This document shows positions 10,436-19,871 of a DNA stretch of 64,000 nt, piece after piece. How positions within the stretch are numbered: position 1 is the first letter of the stretch; each line of letters begins with the position of its first letter. The DNA comes from Candidatus Bathyarchaeota archaeon (GTDB lineage: Archaea > Thermoproteota > Bathyarchaeia > Bathyarchaeales > Bathycorpusculaceae): the NCBI GenBank assembly GCA_963733095.1, contig CAVTBV010000012.1, positions 256,001 to 320,000 of the forward strand, given 5' to 3'. Below the pieces are notes generated by a model. It had not been told where the DNA came from, did not search any database, and was given only the letters and a program-made list of their open reading frames with translations. A program made the position numbers and the translations under genes.

Positions 10436-10651
10436 ATGCAAAATCCTAAATTAATCATATTTATCGTCTCGCTTGCAGGCGCAGTGGGCGGAATCTACTT
10501 TACCGCAATAGCAAACCCACCTGAAGATTTCCCGAATTGGATAGGATTGTTTGCAATCCTTGGAGTAATAGCTGCAAACCTGATATTTCTAGTAATATAC
10601 GAAATAGCAAAGACCACTGAGCCGCCCGAAAAAGCGTCAGAAATCGCTTAG
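10436..10651 (+). CDS. Small 2-TM membrane protein
   Basis: 71 aa with two hydrophobic helices; ATG start. Confidence 0.6.
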   Translation: MQNPKLIIFIVSLAGAVGGIYFTAIANPPEDFPNWIGLFAILGVIAANLIFLVIYEIAKTTEPPEKASEIA

Positions 10652-11218
10652 AGTTCTTTGAGGGGTCTCTTTAATGAATAGTGGGTAAGTTATTTTTGTT
10701 CCTTCGATGTGAGCAAGTTCGTTGAGTTCGTGATTGATGGCGCTGTCTTTACTGATTATATGTTCGACTTTTACGTGGTGCACTACTAATGCGTCGGAGA
10801 GGAGGTTTCGGTGGCACCGCCAAGGCAGCGCTTCCGCACACATCAACACCAAACGGTTCTCCCTTGCCAACGCCACAATTTTCAGTAAATGAACGTTGAA
10901 TTCTGGGGTCTGCATATAGTCGGCATAACCGCGAAAGCCGCTGTTTTTCCATGCGGTGTTGATAGAATCGTGTTTGGGGTGACGTAAGCCGCCGATTTCG
11001 GGCATATAGATGTATTTTACGCCATAGTGTTTGAGGGTGTCTGGCAGGGTTTCCTTGTTGAATTGCGGGTTGTGTCTACTGCGGGGAACCGATCGCACAT
11101 CAACAAGCAAAGTTACGTCGTAGGCCTCAAGTAACTGGATGAATTCTTCGAGGGTTCGGGTTGAGTGCCCAATCGTTAGAACCACCGCTACTTCTGATGC
11201 TTTAGTCAAGTCGCTCAA
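10637..11218 (-). CDS. DUF488 family protein
   Basis: TIGHS, LVDVRSVP, GGLR and LMCAEALPWRCHR motifs. Confidence 0.9.
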   Translation of the reverse strand: MSDLTKASEVAVVLTIGHSTRTLEEFIQLLEAYDVTLLVDVRSVPRSRHNPQFNKETLPDTLKHYGVKYIYMPEIGGLRHPKHDSINTAWKNSGFRGYADYMQTPEFNVHLLKIVALARENRLVLMCAEALPWRCHRNLLSDALVVHHVKVEHIISKDSAINHELNELAHIEGTKITYPLFIKETPQRTLSDF

Positions 11219-11553
11219 CCCTCAAACATATTATGTTCGGTAAAATATAAGAATCCAAGCTTCCTGCCAACTAAAGCCAGTCAGATTTTTCCCCAACCTA
11301 TTAGGATCCTAATATCATATCATTGCAGAAACTATAGAGGGGATCTACTTCCCTAAAGAGGGTAGGTCGTATTAGCAGAAAACAAGCGCATTAGCAGGTT
11401 GAAAGCTGTACCGAAGAAATAGACATGACACAAACTCCGTAAACATCAAACCTTTGGTTTTGAGCAAATACATTAAATTTATTAGTGATAATACTCAGAG
11501 TATTGTTTATATTCAACTCTGAACAGTAATATCTAATGAGAGAGATGATAAGT

Positions 11554-12675
11554 ATGAATATCTTGGAAGAGCCAACGATCAAGGAATGGCTTAACAGTTT
11601 TAGCAAGCGAAGTACTTACAATCAATACAGTAGTAGAATAAAGAAATTCTTTGATGACATAGGCAAAACTCCACAAGACATTCAAGCGATGAATGTTAAA
11701 GACCTTAAAAATCTGGTCCTACAATATCAATCAGATCAGCGTAAACAAGGATTAACCAATAACAGCATTCTCGGTGAAATTACAACAATTAGAAGCTATT
11801 TAATCTCAATAGAGAAGCCTTTAGCTTTTAGAAGAGGTCAATTACTTAATCTCGAAGCTGACAACAGTAGCCATGTTTTCACCAACGGAGACCTTAAGAT
11901 GCTCTTTGAGGTTGGCAATACATTCGAGAAAGCTTTACTAGCTACTGCTGTTAGCGAAGGTTGGGAAATATCTGCATTCTTAGACCAAGACAGAGAGATT
12001 ATACAAAACAGAATAGCTCATGCCAAACAGAATAATGAGAAGTTTATTTTCTTCACTAACACAAGACAAAAAACAGGAGTAGCGAGATTCTGTGTTCTTA
12101 ACCCCTTAGCGATAGAGTGGTTAAGCAAATACTTGGAGACAAGGAAAGACAAGAGTGATAGATTATTCCCAATTACTCAAGATGGCGTACAAAAGATGCT
12201 TCAACGATTAGCTAAACAGTCAGGGCTAAAAACTACAGGGAACCTGAGATTTCACAATATTAGAAAGTGGCTCATGTCTCGATTAAGTAGATGTGGATTT
12301 AACGAGTTTCAAATTAAGTACTTAATGGGTAAAAGCATAGGGGTATCAGATGGCACTTACTTGCAGACGTTGCAGATAGAAATAGAAGAAAAGTATCCCA
12401 AGGTCTACAACGATTATCTTAACATCTATTTTCAAGGGACAGAAAGCAGCAAAGAACAGGTAAAGAAACTTAGTGAATTAGAATCTAAGTTTAATGACAT
12501 GCAAAAGGAAATGGAAAAGAAGTATCTCCATGCCGATTTAGTTTCGTATGCCTTAATTTCCACATTTAAAAAACGGAAACTATTACCAGAAGATTTCAAT
12601 GCAGAGGAATTTTTGTCTGAGTGGAAGCAACAAGAGGAAGAAGAACAATCACGACTTGACGAAGGGAATCAGTAG
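11554..12675 (+). CDS. Tyrosine recombinase/integrase (atypical active-site residues)
   Basis: N-terminal SAM-like region (WLNSF...STYNQY...FF), RQKTG, FHNIRK, LMGK and TY. Track start 11536; ATG 11554 also plausible. Confidence 0.85.
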   Translation: MNILEEPTIKEWLNSFSKRSTYNQYSSRIKKFFDDIGKTPQDIQAMNVKDLKNLVLQYQSDQRKQGLTNNSILGEITTIRSYLISIEKPLAFRRGQLLNLEADNSSHVFTNGDLKMLFEVGNTFEKALLATAVSEGWEISAFLDQDREIIQNRIAHAKQNNEKFIFFTNTRQKTGVARFCVLNPLAIEWLSKYLETRKDKSDRLFPITQDGVQKMLQRLAKQSGLKTTGNLRFHNIRKWLMSRLSRCGFNEFQIKYLMGKSIGVSDGTYLQTLQIEIEEKYPKVYNDYLNIYFQGTESSKEQVKKLSELESKFNDMQKEMEKKYLHADLVSYALISTFKKRKLLPEDFNAEEFLSEWKQQEEEEQSRLDEGNQ

Positions 12676-12676
12676 A

Positions 12677-13027
12677 ATGGTAAACTTTGATAAGTTTAGT
12701 CTACTTTATAAGAAGAGGTCTAAAGAGCAGAAAGAAAAAGAGATCTCTGGGACATTCGAAACACCTAACAACATAACTGTTTTCGATCTTAGAAATGTGG
12801 AAGAAACTTTGACTCACGAAATAGAACACTCATTACTGTATGATCTAACAGTAAAAGTGGGATGTAATGAAAAAACAGCCAAGTTTGCTTATTTCTTTGT
12901 AAGTGACCCTTCCAATGGAGATCTAGACGCAATTAATGTTTCATTAGCCCTTGAAGGTGTACACTGGAAGAGAAGGCAGAAGATAATTAACACATTCAAA
13001 GTCTCACCTTTCAAGTTAGTATATTAG
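12677..13027 (+). CDS. Small HExxH putative metallopeptidase (ImmA/IrrE-like)
   Basis: ETLTHEIEHSLL; ATG begins after a 1-nt gap following the integrase stop. Confidence 0.55.
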   Translation: MVNFDKFSLLYKKRSKEQKEKEISGTFETPNNITVFDLRNVEETLTHEIEHSLLYDLTVKVGCNEKTAKFAYFFVSDPSNGDLDAINVSLALEGVHWKRRQKIINTFKVSPFKLVY

Positions 13028-13895
13028 GATTATAACGTAACTGAAAAATCAGCTTCTATACTATTACTAGCACCTACTGTCCCTTCTCGTTTTGCTGATT
13101 GCTCTAAGGAACGGTGCTAGATTTTTATGCTAAAGGTAACTGTGGGAACTTCGACTTTACTACGACTTTATTCAATTACTATTCCATGCTAATTTTTGGA
13201 ACCTTATAAAATGATGCAATTAAGGTTAAGATTTCTTCACAAGCAGTTCTTACTATTGGATTAGAGATTTTCAAAGGTGTTAAGCATTCATTTCCCACCT
13301 CATTATTCAAGGTTGATTATGGATAATTATCTATCTTGGTATTGATACTACCTAATATCGAGATAGCAGGTATTGAAATATAAACTTAGTATTCGTCAAA
13401 GTTTCCTCATGAATTCTTTGAAGAGTGCCCACACGAATTATTTCATTGTGAAGAGAATTATTGTTATTTTGCCAATACGAACCTGAATTAGCCTCATCTC
13501 TATGGAAAGTATGTATGCTGTGAAACCCTAAAACTAAGTTATCCATCGAATAACCTCGAAGCACCAGCACTATTTAAACGATTTAAACAATTGTTCAATA
13601 GTCATACATCTTAATCGCTATAGTACTATACATATGTTCACTTTTTTAAATATTCATTCGATATCCAAAAACAATGCTCAATCGAACAGTGACGAAAATC
13701 CTACTATATAAAATAATAATTATACTTCATTGTACTTGATTAATAAAAATAGTCCTTTAGAATAGTGATTTTATTTGCTATATGGTAAAAAGGGTACCCA
13801 TCAAACTTGGGTTATATTATGAATTATTTCCCCTTACCCCAGAAGGTACCATACGCATCGGAGATATTTAGAATAATTTTCTCTCAGGGTTTTAA

Positions 13896-14348
13896 CTAGT
13901 CCTTCCAACCAATAACTTGTTTGGGTTCTTCTTTTTTTTCAATAGGAATATCTTGATAGCCTATCTCTTCTAGCTCAACATGCTCGATCTCTAAGTATCT
14001 TAACATAAACTCTACATTGTGATAGTAAGAGTAAATCAATCGTTTCCTGAATGTTCTCTTGTCTCCTTTAGCTCTAAGTTCTCTCTCTAGTTTCTTCCAA
14101 TGTCTTTTGTAGCCATTTAATTTACCAATATTGAGATAACTATTTTCATTCCAGTTAGTAATTTCCAATCCTATTACCACATAGATGTTTTCAGCTATCA
14201 TGTCGATGTTCTCGGGATCTGAGATATCAAAGACTGTAACCTTGTACCCTAACATCTCAAGCCATTTCTTGATTTTGTTAACCCTGACCTCTGCCTTCCT
14301 CAAATTCTCAGTGGGGTATTCATTATCAGAAGCATAACCACTTCTCAA
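13896..14348 (-). CDS. Putative PD-(D/E)xK-like nuclease
   Basis: KWLEMLGYKV...ENIDMIAE...IGLEITNW resembles the helix/D/E-x-K core, with T-N in place of K. Confidence 0.45.
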   Translation of the reverse strand: MRSGYASDNEYPTENLRKAEVRVNKIKKWLEMLGYKVTVFDISDPENIDMIAENIYVVIGLEITNWNENSYLNIGKLNGYKRHWKKLERELRAKGDKRTFRKRLIYSYYHNVEFMLRYLEIEHVELEEIGYQDIPIEKKEEPKQVIGWKD

Positions 14349-14821
14349 AATAAATAACCCCTAAAAGAGCTTCTTCTTACTATAGGACTATTATAATTAA
14401 ATGGTATACACGTATGAATGATAAAATAATTCTTATTCAGTTTAGAAAAATATTGATAAACAGATTTACTAGATTTATGTTGTTCACACGATTTTAGGTT
14501 TAAACAATGATTTTTCATTTTAGACGACTCTTCTAATTCGACTCTAAGTAGCATGAAATCAATACAGGGTTGAGCTGGAGTCGAAGCAGCTTACCTGTAA
14601 TGAATCAGACTAATTAGTTACTTATTATATATGAACTAGACCTATTAATAATGTTTTCGAAGTAGCGTACACGATGTTACATTATGGAAAACATATGGGA
14701 TTTAGTACTAACTCGAAGAAACTCTTCGAAATATTGACCCTAATCCTTATTAACTACATACCTACCTAATATATTCCTATAAGAATATTCAGCTCATAAA
14801 TTATTCACGTTGGAATATTAA

Positions 14822-14974
14822 ATGATTGTTAACGAAGTAATAGAACCTGAGAAAATATCATGTAAATGTGGAAGTTCCCACATCATTAAGGCAGGAAAAC
14901 AGATCACGAGGCAAGGAAAACGTCAAAGATTTCTTTGTTGCTGTTGTGGTCGCATAATTCTAGAGGAGCAATAA
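14822..14974 (+). CDS. 50-aa InsA-like zinc-ribbon protein
   Basis: Manual translation: MIVNEVIEPEKISCKCGSSHIIKAGKQITRQGKRQRFLCCCCGRIILEEQ*. First gene of a coupled operon. Confidence 0.7.
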   Translation: MIVNEVIEPEKISCKCGSSHIIKAGKQITRQGKRQRFLCCCCGRIILEEQ

Positions 14975-14976
14975 TT

Positions 14977-15363
14977 ATGGGTAGAAAAGCTCACTGGAAA
15001 GACGCTTCAGAAAAACAGTCAGCATATAGATCTAGAATAAAAGATAAAGCTGAAAAACTTAGACTGTTGAAACTTTCATTCGATGATTATCTCGATGAGC
15101 AGTTAAGCATAGAGGACTCAAAAAGACAAGACAGAAGTAAGTGTATTTGGGATGCCGAAATCGCTTATTCTGAAAAGCAAATCAAGATTAATTATTTAAA
15201 AGCGATAAACCATGAACCTTTAGATTTCGGTATGTCTTATGCAAGGTTTGTATACCTTAGCTCTAAAAATGCATGGATTTGCATAGGCGATAACTGCAAT
15301 ATTGTAAATTTTCGTTTTGAAGAAAAATGCATTGGTTGTGGGAGCAAGAATCATCATGCCTAA
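14977..15363 (+). CDS. Hypothetical protein with C-terminal RanBP2-type zinc finger
   Basis: WICIGDNCNIVNFRFEEKCIGC = W-x-C-x4-C-x3-N-x6-C-x2-C; ATG 14977. Confidence 0.7.
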   Translation: MGRKAHWKDASEKQSAYRSRIKDKAEKLRLLKLSFDDYLDEQLSIEDSKRQDRSKCIWDAEIAYSEKQIKINYLKAINHEPLDFGMSYARFVYLSSKNAWICIGDNCNIVNFRFEEKCIGCGSKNHHA

Positions 15364-15508
15364 ATGCGAAAGGTGCAACGAATTGTTCATTCCAAGTAAG
15401 CATGCTGGTAAAAATCAGAAATATTGCAGCTATGTATGTTGTTCTAAAATGTGCCATAAAATACAGAGGGCAAGAAAAGATGAATATCAAATTTCATGTG
15501 GGATTTAA
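15356..15508 (+). CDS. Small zinc-finger protein (CxxC...YCSxxC)
   Basis: MPKCERCNELFIPSKHAGKNQKYCSYVC; overlaps the previous gene's end. Confidence 0.65.
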   Translation: MPKCERCNELFIPSKHAGKNQKYCSYVCCSKMCHKIQRARKDEYQISCGI

Positions 15509-15510
15509 TT

Positions 15511-15843
15511 ATGGGTGAGAAACCAGTAACCGAAATTGAAGAACTTTTCTTCGATAAAGAAATACTTGAAAATGAACGCAAAAGAATCAATCAGAAAGTG
15601 ATGGATACTTATCTTGCAAGCATCGAGACAGCAATAGAGTCTATAGAGTTTTCAGCGAATTTGCTTGAAAAATCTCTCGGAATTATGAAGGTTAGGGCAG
15701 AACTTCAATTAGATGTGAATCAGCAAAAGAAAGTTCATTCAGCAATTAAATTGGTAGTCGATCACTTTAAAAAAATAATACATGATGCCGAATATACCAC
15801 TCTTTACCTAACTGAAAATAACAGTCATGAATATACTCGGTGA
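15511..15843 (+). CDS. Hypothetical helical/coiled-coil protein
   Basis: ATG begins 2 nt after the previous stop; heptad-like pattern. Confidence 0.65.
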   Translation: MGEKPVTEIEELFFDKEILENERKRINQKVMDTYLASIETAIESIEFSANLLEKSLGIMKVRAELQLDVNQQKKVHSAIKLVVDHFKKIIHDAEYTTLYLTENNSHEYTR

Positions 15844-15851
15844 TTCCTAAA

Positions 15852-15989
15852 ATGTTGGAAAGAAAACTTTGTGAAATATCTTTTGAGAGAAGGCTAACAA
15901 GAGGAGAAAAAATTATGGAAGAAATGAGATATGATTCCAGAGAGTCTCTTAATTTTAATGAAGTAATTAGTCAAAAAGGAAGAAAGTAA
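15852..15989 (+). CDS. 45-aa hypothetical protein
   Basis: MLERKLCEISFERRLTRGEKIMEEMRYDSRESLNFNEVISQKGRK* fills the gap in the operon. Confidence 0.45.
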   Translation: MLERKLCEISFERRLTRGEKIMEEMRYDSRESLNFNEVISQKGRK

Positions 15990-15992
15990 AAT

Positions 15993-16538
15993 ATGTCAAG
16001 TATAGAAAACAATAATCGAAGAGTAGAAATACAAAAAAGAATTGTTAGTTTAGCCGATAAACTGAATAGAGTAAAAGCCGATTTATATCAGGATACAAAA
16101 AAAGAGATTAAAGTATTAGAAGATGAACTCAAAAGTCTTCCACCAGTAACTTTGGAAGGTGGAAACGTCTATCTAAAAACCAAGATTTCTTATGCAAATG
16201 ATAGGTACAAAGTTGTCAATTTCAAAGGAAAATTCCACTTCTATGATGATACAGAATGCCTTTCTTCTCAGGTAATCGTTGATGAAAATGGTAAACCATG
16301 CAAGGCTATAGTGAGTAGAATTAACTCTGAAACTCACGGAGAACTTGTAAACATTGTTTATAATCTAAAGATCGATGCCGAGGAGCCAAAAGCACCTGTG
16401 GGTAAACCTATCAGATTAAAATTTGGTAGACCAGATGATTGGAAATGTCCTCTCTGCTTATTTGAAAACCCAGTTGAATATGATGCTTGTTTTGGATGCA
16501 GACATCCAAGACCAGAAAACTTGGCAATAAAACTGTAA
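15993..16538 (+). CDS. Coiled-coil protein with C-terminal RanBP2/NZF-type zinc finger
   Basis: GRPDDWKCPLCLFENPVEYDACFGCRHPRP = W-x-C-x2-C-x3-N-x6-C-x2-C. Confidence 0.75.
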   Translation: MSSIENNNRRVEIQKRIVSLADKLNRVKADLYQDTKKEIKVLEDELKSLPPVTLEGGNVYLKTKISYANDRYKVVNFKGKFHFYDDTECLSSQVIVDENGKPCKAIVSRINSETHGELVNIVYNLKIDAEEPKAPVGKPIRLKFGRPDDWKCPLCLFENPVEYDACFGCRHPRPENLAIKL

Positions 16539-16573
16539 TTGATAATTTGTGATTACTTAAGGTGGTGATTGTT

Positions 16574-16687
16574 TTGGATAAAGCTATTATTGCAATAGGT
16601 AAGGATACTCAAGCAAAATTAAATGATCTAAAGACTAACAAAGCAGAGCACTATGATGTAGTTATTCAAAGACTACTCAAAAAATAA
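16574..16687 (+). CDS. 37-aa ribbon-helix-helix/antitoxin-like DNA-binding protein
   Basis: GGTGGTGA RBS, then TTG: MDKAIIAIGKDTQAKLNDLKTNKAEHYDVVIQRLLKK*. Confidence 0.6.
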   Translation: MDKAIIAIGKDTQAKLNDLKTNKAEHYDVVIQRLLKK

Positions 16688-16963
16688 GTCAAGTTTCTTT
16701 TGTTTAATTGGATGGAGTATTAGGGTTCTCTTAACTCACCTTTGTGCTTCCATCCCAAAATAAATCTAATTTTTAGACAAGTTCTCTTATCTTCTTTTTA
16801 TGTGACAAACAGTATATGAAGAATCAATAAACCTTAAATGAATGTTTGATGGTTTTTCTTATTGTTTGCCCGATGAAGGGTTTCCCCTTCTACCCGTCCC
16901 CTATCTCTCTAAAAGAACCCTGAGAGCAGACTGCTCACAGACATTTTCTTTTCTTATTGTTTC

Positions 16964-17179
16964 TTAAGGCTTGAAAATAACTAAGTATTTTCTTTCTTTA
17001 TCCTCTTCAAGCTTTAAGCCATGTTTTTTAGCAAACATTTCTATTTCTTTATTATAATCACATTTAATCTGAATCTGGTAATCATCAAGTTTTCTCAGTG
17101 AGACATGAATATATGTTGGCTCTACAAGATTGTTAGCCACTAATTCTTTTAGCATCGACATAGCTTCTAGCCGATTCAA
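16964..17179 (-). CDS. Small hypothetical protein
   Basis: Probable TTG start (MNRLEAMSMLKEL...YLVIFKP); track start 17227. Confidence 0.55.
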   Translation of the reverse strand: MNRLEAMSMLKELVANNLVEPTYIHVSLRKLDDYQIQIKCDYNKEIEMFAKKHGLKLEEDKERKYLVIFKP

Positions 17180-17353
17180 GTGTAAATTCCCCCTAAACCG
17201 AGTTAACGCTATTATAGGATTTAACATTTCTTAAAAATGAACTATTAAGATTCAGCGTTGAACATAAAAGCAAGAGAGCAAAATATTCACGGAAAACGCA
17301 ATAATATTCTTAAGCAAGTTAGTAATCTAAGGAAGATTATAGCGGTGTTATAA

Positions 17354-17506
17354 TTGGTTCAATGTGAAAACTCTTTAGGTAAAGAGCAGTGCGATGGCGA
17401 ACTGATATTTGACCGACAGATAAAAATGTACAAGTGCCCAAAGTGCGAATATCTTTATGACATAGAATGGTATGAACGTTTGTTAGACCAACATTTCGAA
17501 ATTTAA
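17354..17506 (+). CDS. 50-aa zinc-ribbon microprotein
   Basis: GCGGTG RBS, then TTG: MVQCENSLGKEQCDGELIFDRQIKMYKCPKCEYLYDIEWYERLLDQHFEI*. Confidence 0.6.
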   Translation: MVQCENSLGKEQCDGELIFDRQIKMYKCPKCEYLYDIEWYERLLDQHFEI

Positions 17507-17605
17507 GTTCAGACACTTTGCATTCCATCGAGGAAAAGCTAAGAGAATCTTCTTTCCTCTCTTTTTTTGAAAAAATCGGTTAATGAGAACTAAAGCAAAA
17601 AAAAC

Positions 17606-18058
17606 TTATGATAGAGCATTGATTGCTTCATTTATAATCGCTATAACTTTATCAACGGTGTGAACAAAAACAACTGCTTCAAAAGTGTCGAGCATAATGT
17701 ATCCTCTTGGGTCATCTTTATTATTAATATTCAATTCCTTGATATGCACATATGCCTTGTTTAGAGATGCAAGACTCTTAGGTTTTAGCGATGAAGCAAG
17801 TTCAACCTTCAAACAATCATAAGCATCACAAACAAAAGGAAAATTATTAGTTGAAACCGTGTATATATCTCCCTCTTTTTTAGCATTTAATAGGCTATCC
17901 TTGACGACTTTAAGTTCATTACTTACCGCTTTCTTAGCTTGTCGTTTACGATTTCGACTTTTAATAAAATCGGTAAGTTGTGAGAGTGTAAATCCTACTA
18001 CGACACCAACAATAGCTCCAACAATTGCAAATATTGAGGTTAGAGGTATCTCACTCAT
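17606..18058 (-). CDS. N-terminal TM-anchored hypothetical protein
   Basis: MSEIPLTSIFAIVGAIVGVVVGFTL followed by a basic patch and a helical domain. Confidence 0.7.
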   Translation of the reverse strand: MSEIPLTSIFAIVGAIVGVVVGFTLSQLTDFIKSRNRKRQAKKAVSNELKVVKDSLLNAKKEGDIYTVSTNNFPFVCDAYDCLKVELASSLKPKSLASLNKAYVHIKELNINNKDDPRGYIMLDTFEAVVFVHTVDKVIAIINEAINALS

Positions 18059-18197
18059 GTCTATTACATGCTCTTCAATCATCGGTTTTATCTTTAATAT
18101 CTTTGGGAGAAGAAGGATATGGCAAAAAAGCGGAAGAGAGAGAAAGCAAAAATCTAATAGCTGGATTACCTGAATATAGAAAACGGTTGTGATAATT

Positions 18198-18437
18198 ATG
18201 GAAAACAAAGAAGTTTATAAAGGCAAGATTATTGAGACGGAAACTTTAGCAGGTAAAACTCTTTATCTTGATATGCCCCGTAAAGCTGAAGATGATGCTT
18301 TTCCCTTATTTGGTGCATTTGGTACTCTGACTATGGACAAAATATTCAAGCCATATCTAGGAAAAGATATTAGCATAACAATTGAAAAGAAAGAAGGAAA
18401 AGTACACGATATTATTATCCAAGAGGAACAAAAATGA
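18198..18437 (+). CDS. Hypothetical protein
   Basis: ATG-start ORF whose stop overlaps the next ATG (ATGA). Confidence 0.6.
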   Translation: MENKEVYKGKIIETETLAGKTLYLDMPRKAEDDAFPLFGAFGTLTMDKIFKPYLGKDISITIEKKEGKVHDIIIQEEQK

Positions 18438-18738
18438 GCTCAAGGGAAGAAACTAAACAATTATTAACGGATGAAGAAATTCATATGAAATACATAAGAT
18501 TTTAAGAAGTCGAATAGAAAAAGCGATTGAGAACAAGTTCAATGGAATCCCTTTGCGTAATGATGAGGGAATATTCTATATTGCCCAAAGTCAAATAGCG
18601 AATCCATCTCAGGTAATTAATGATATTGTCAATTACCTAATAGACGAGCTATCCGAGAAAGCCATCTTATTGAATGACCCAGAGCCAATAAAACGACAGA
18701 GTAAGCCTAAAGTTGGATATTCAGGACAAGTATTCTAA
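18434..18738 (+). pseudogene. Frameshifted hypothetical gene
   Basis: ATG 18434 gives MSSREETKQLLTDEEI; a 1-nt shift near 18480 continues SYEIHKILRSRIEK...EPIKRQSKPKVGYSGQVF*. Confidence 0.55.
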
Positions 18739-18800
18739 TAATTCAAATCTTTCAGACGATGGCAAAACTTAAAACCTCATTGAGTAGAAATAGCTTAAGC

Positions 18801-19220
18801 ATGGCTAATGAAAAACAAAAAGATGTGGTTGTCGATAGCGAGATAGAGATACAAAGAGTCCAGGCTTTAATGAGCTATTTTCAAACAAGGGTGAACATAT
18901 CTTATTCGATTCGTTACGGTTTTATCGTTGGATATCTTATTTTTCTTGCAACTTTATTTTTTCAGGGAACAATATATTCACAATTAATTAATTTAAAAGC
19001 TAGTTCCGAATTAGCAAGTATTCTAAATCTTTTTATTTTTATGATATTGGCTTATACCCTTGTTTATTTTATGAAGCCTAGAATAATACAGCTAAATGCG
19101 CAGAGAGATAACTGCCTAAAAATAGTTGATGAATTATTTCAAAAAATAAATCAAGGCATTCCGATACCTTCTTTGATAGAATTAAAAGAATGCCAATATC
19201 CAGCTCAAAACAACAAATAA
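18801..19220 (+). CDS. 2-TM membrane protein
   Basis: Two hydrophobic helices flanked by helical regions; track start 18759. Confidence 0.65.
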   Translation: MANEKQKDVVVDSEIEIQRVQALMSYFQTRVNISYSIRYGFIVGYLIFLATLFFQGTIYSQLINLKASSELASILNLFIFMILAYTLVYFMKPRIIQLNAQRDNCLKIVDELFQKINQGIPIPSLIELKECQYPAQNNK

Positions 19221-19690
19221 TGAAAACTATTAGTTTCTTAGTCTTTGAAGACTACAAGAACATGGAAACAAGGGAAACTACGGTTAAAAATAATCTTGAA
19301 GTATCTACGACTTTTTCTGGATTTAGAAATTTAGCATCAAATATCAATAATTCACCATTAAATTGGTCGACAGCTTTATCAGCATTCCAAGTATTATTTC
19401 ATATACTGAATGTTCCAATAAATGATGGTGGCGAGGATTTGAATCCTACAGCCACTATGGAACATTAACATAAAATGTTACTCTAACCTAGTAACAAAAA
19501 ACTAACTAACATGATTTTTAAGAACTAAAAACTCGTATGCTTACAATTTTTTATGTCAGGTACAAGCTAGACTCAGCCCCGAACGTCACGGTTTGAAGCG
19601 TAAAATAAATCAAAATCAGAAATTAGATTTCCCCCACAATAATCATTTCCAGCATAACACGGAGTAAACCTATGTTTTGGAATTAAAGGC

Positions 19691-19871
19691 AAACTGCTAG
19701 TTAGTTGCTAGGTAGTGACATACAGAAATGGTATAAAGCATACTGCGAACATCGAAGCACTCTCCATGTATTAATAAAGAGAAAACTTAGCCATTTACTA
19801 CATTGAAATTTGAAGCTGTATTCACAAAGATAACTCTTAAATCTGCATAGCATAGAAATAGACTAAACATG
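19691..19871 (+). repeat. ~175-bp non-coding intergenic repeat, copy A
   Basis: GCTAGTTAGTTGCTAGGTAGTGACAT...CATCGAAGCA...ATAGACTAA, collinear with copy B. Confidence 0.85.

Noticed and set aside
13298-13330. dif-like site (minus strand ATAATCAACCTT)
   Set aside because: Only the core resembles Thermococcales dif; the arms pair poorly, the site is internal to the island, and it is expected by chance in AT-rich DNA.
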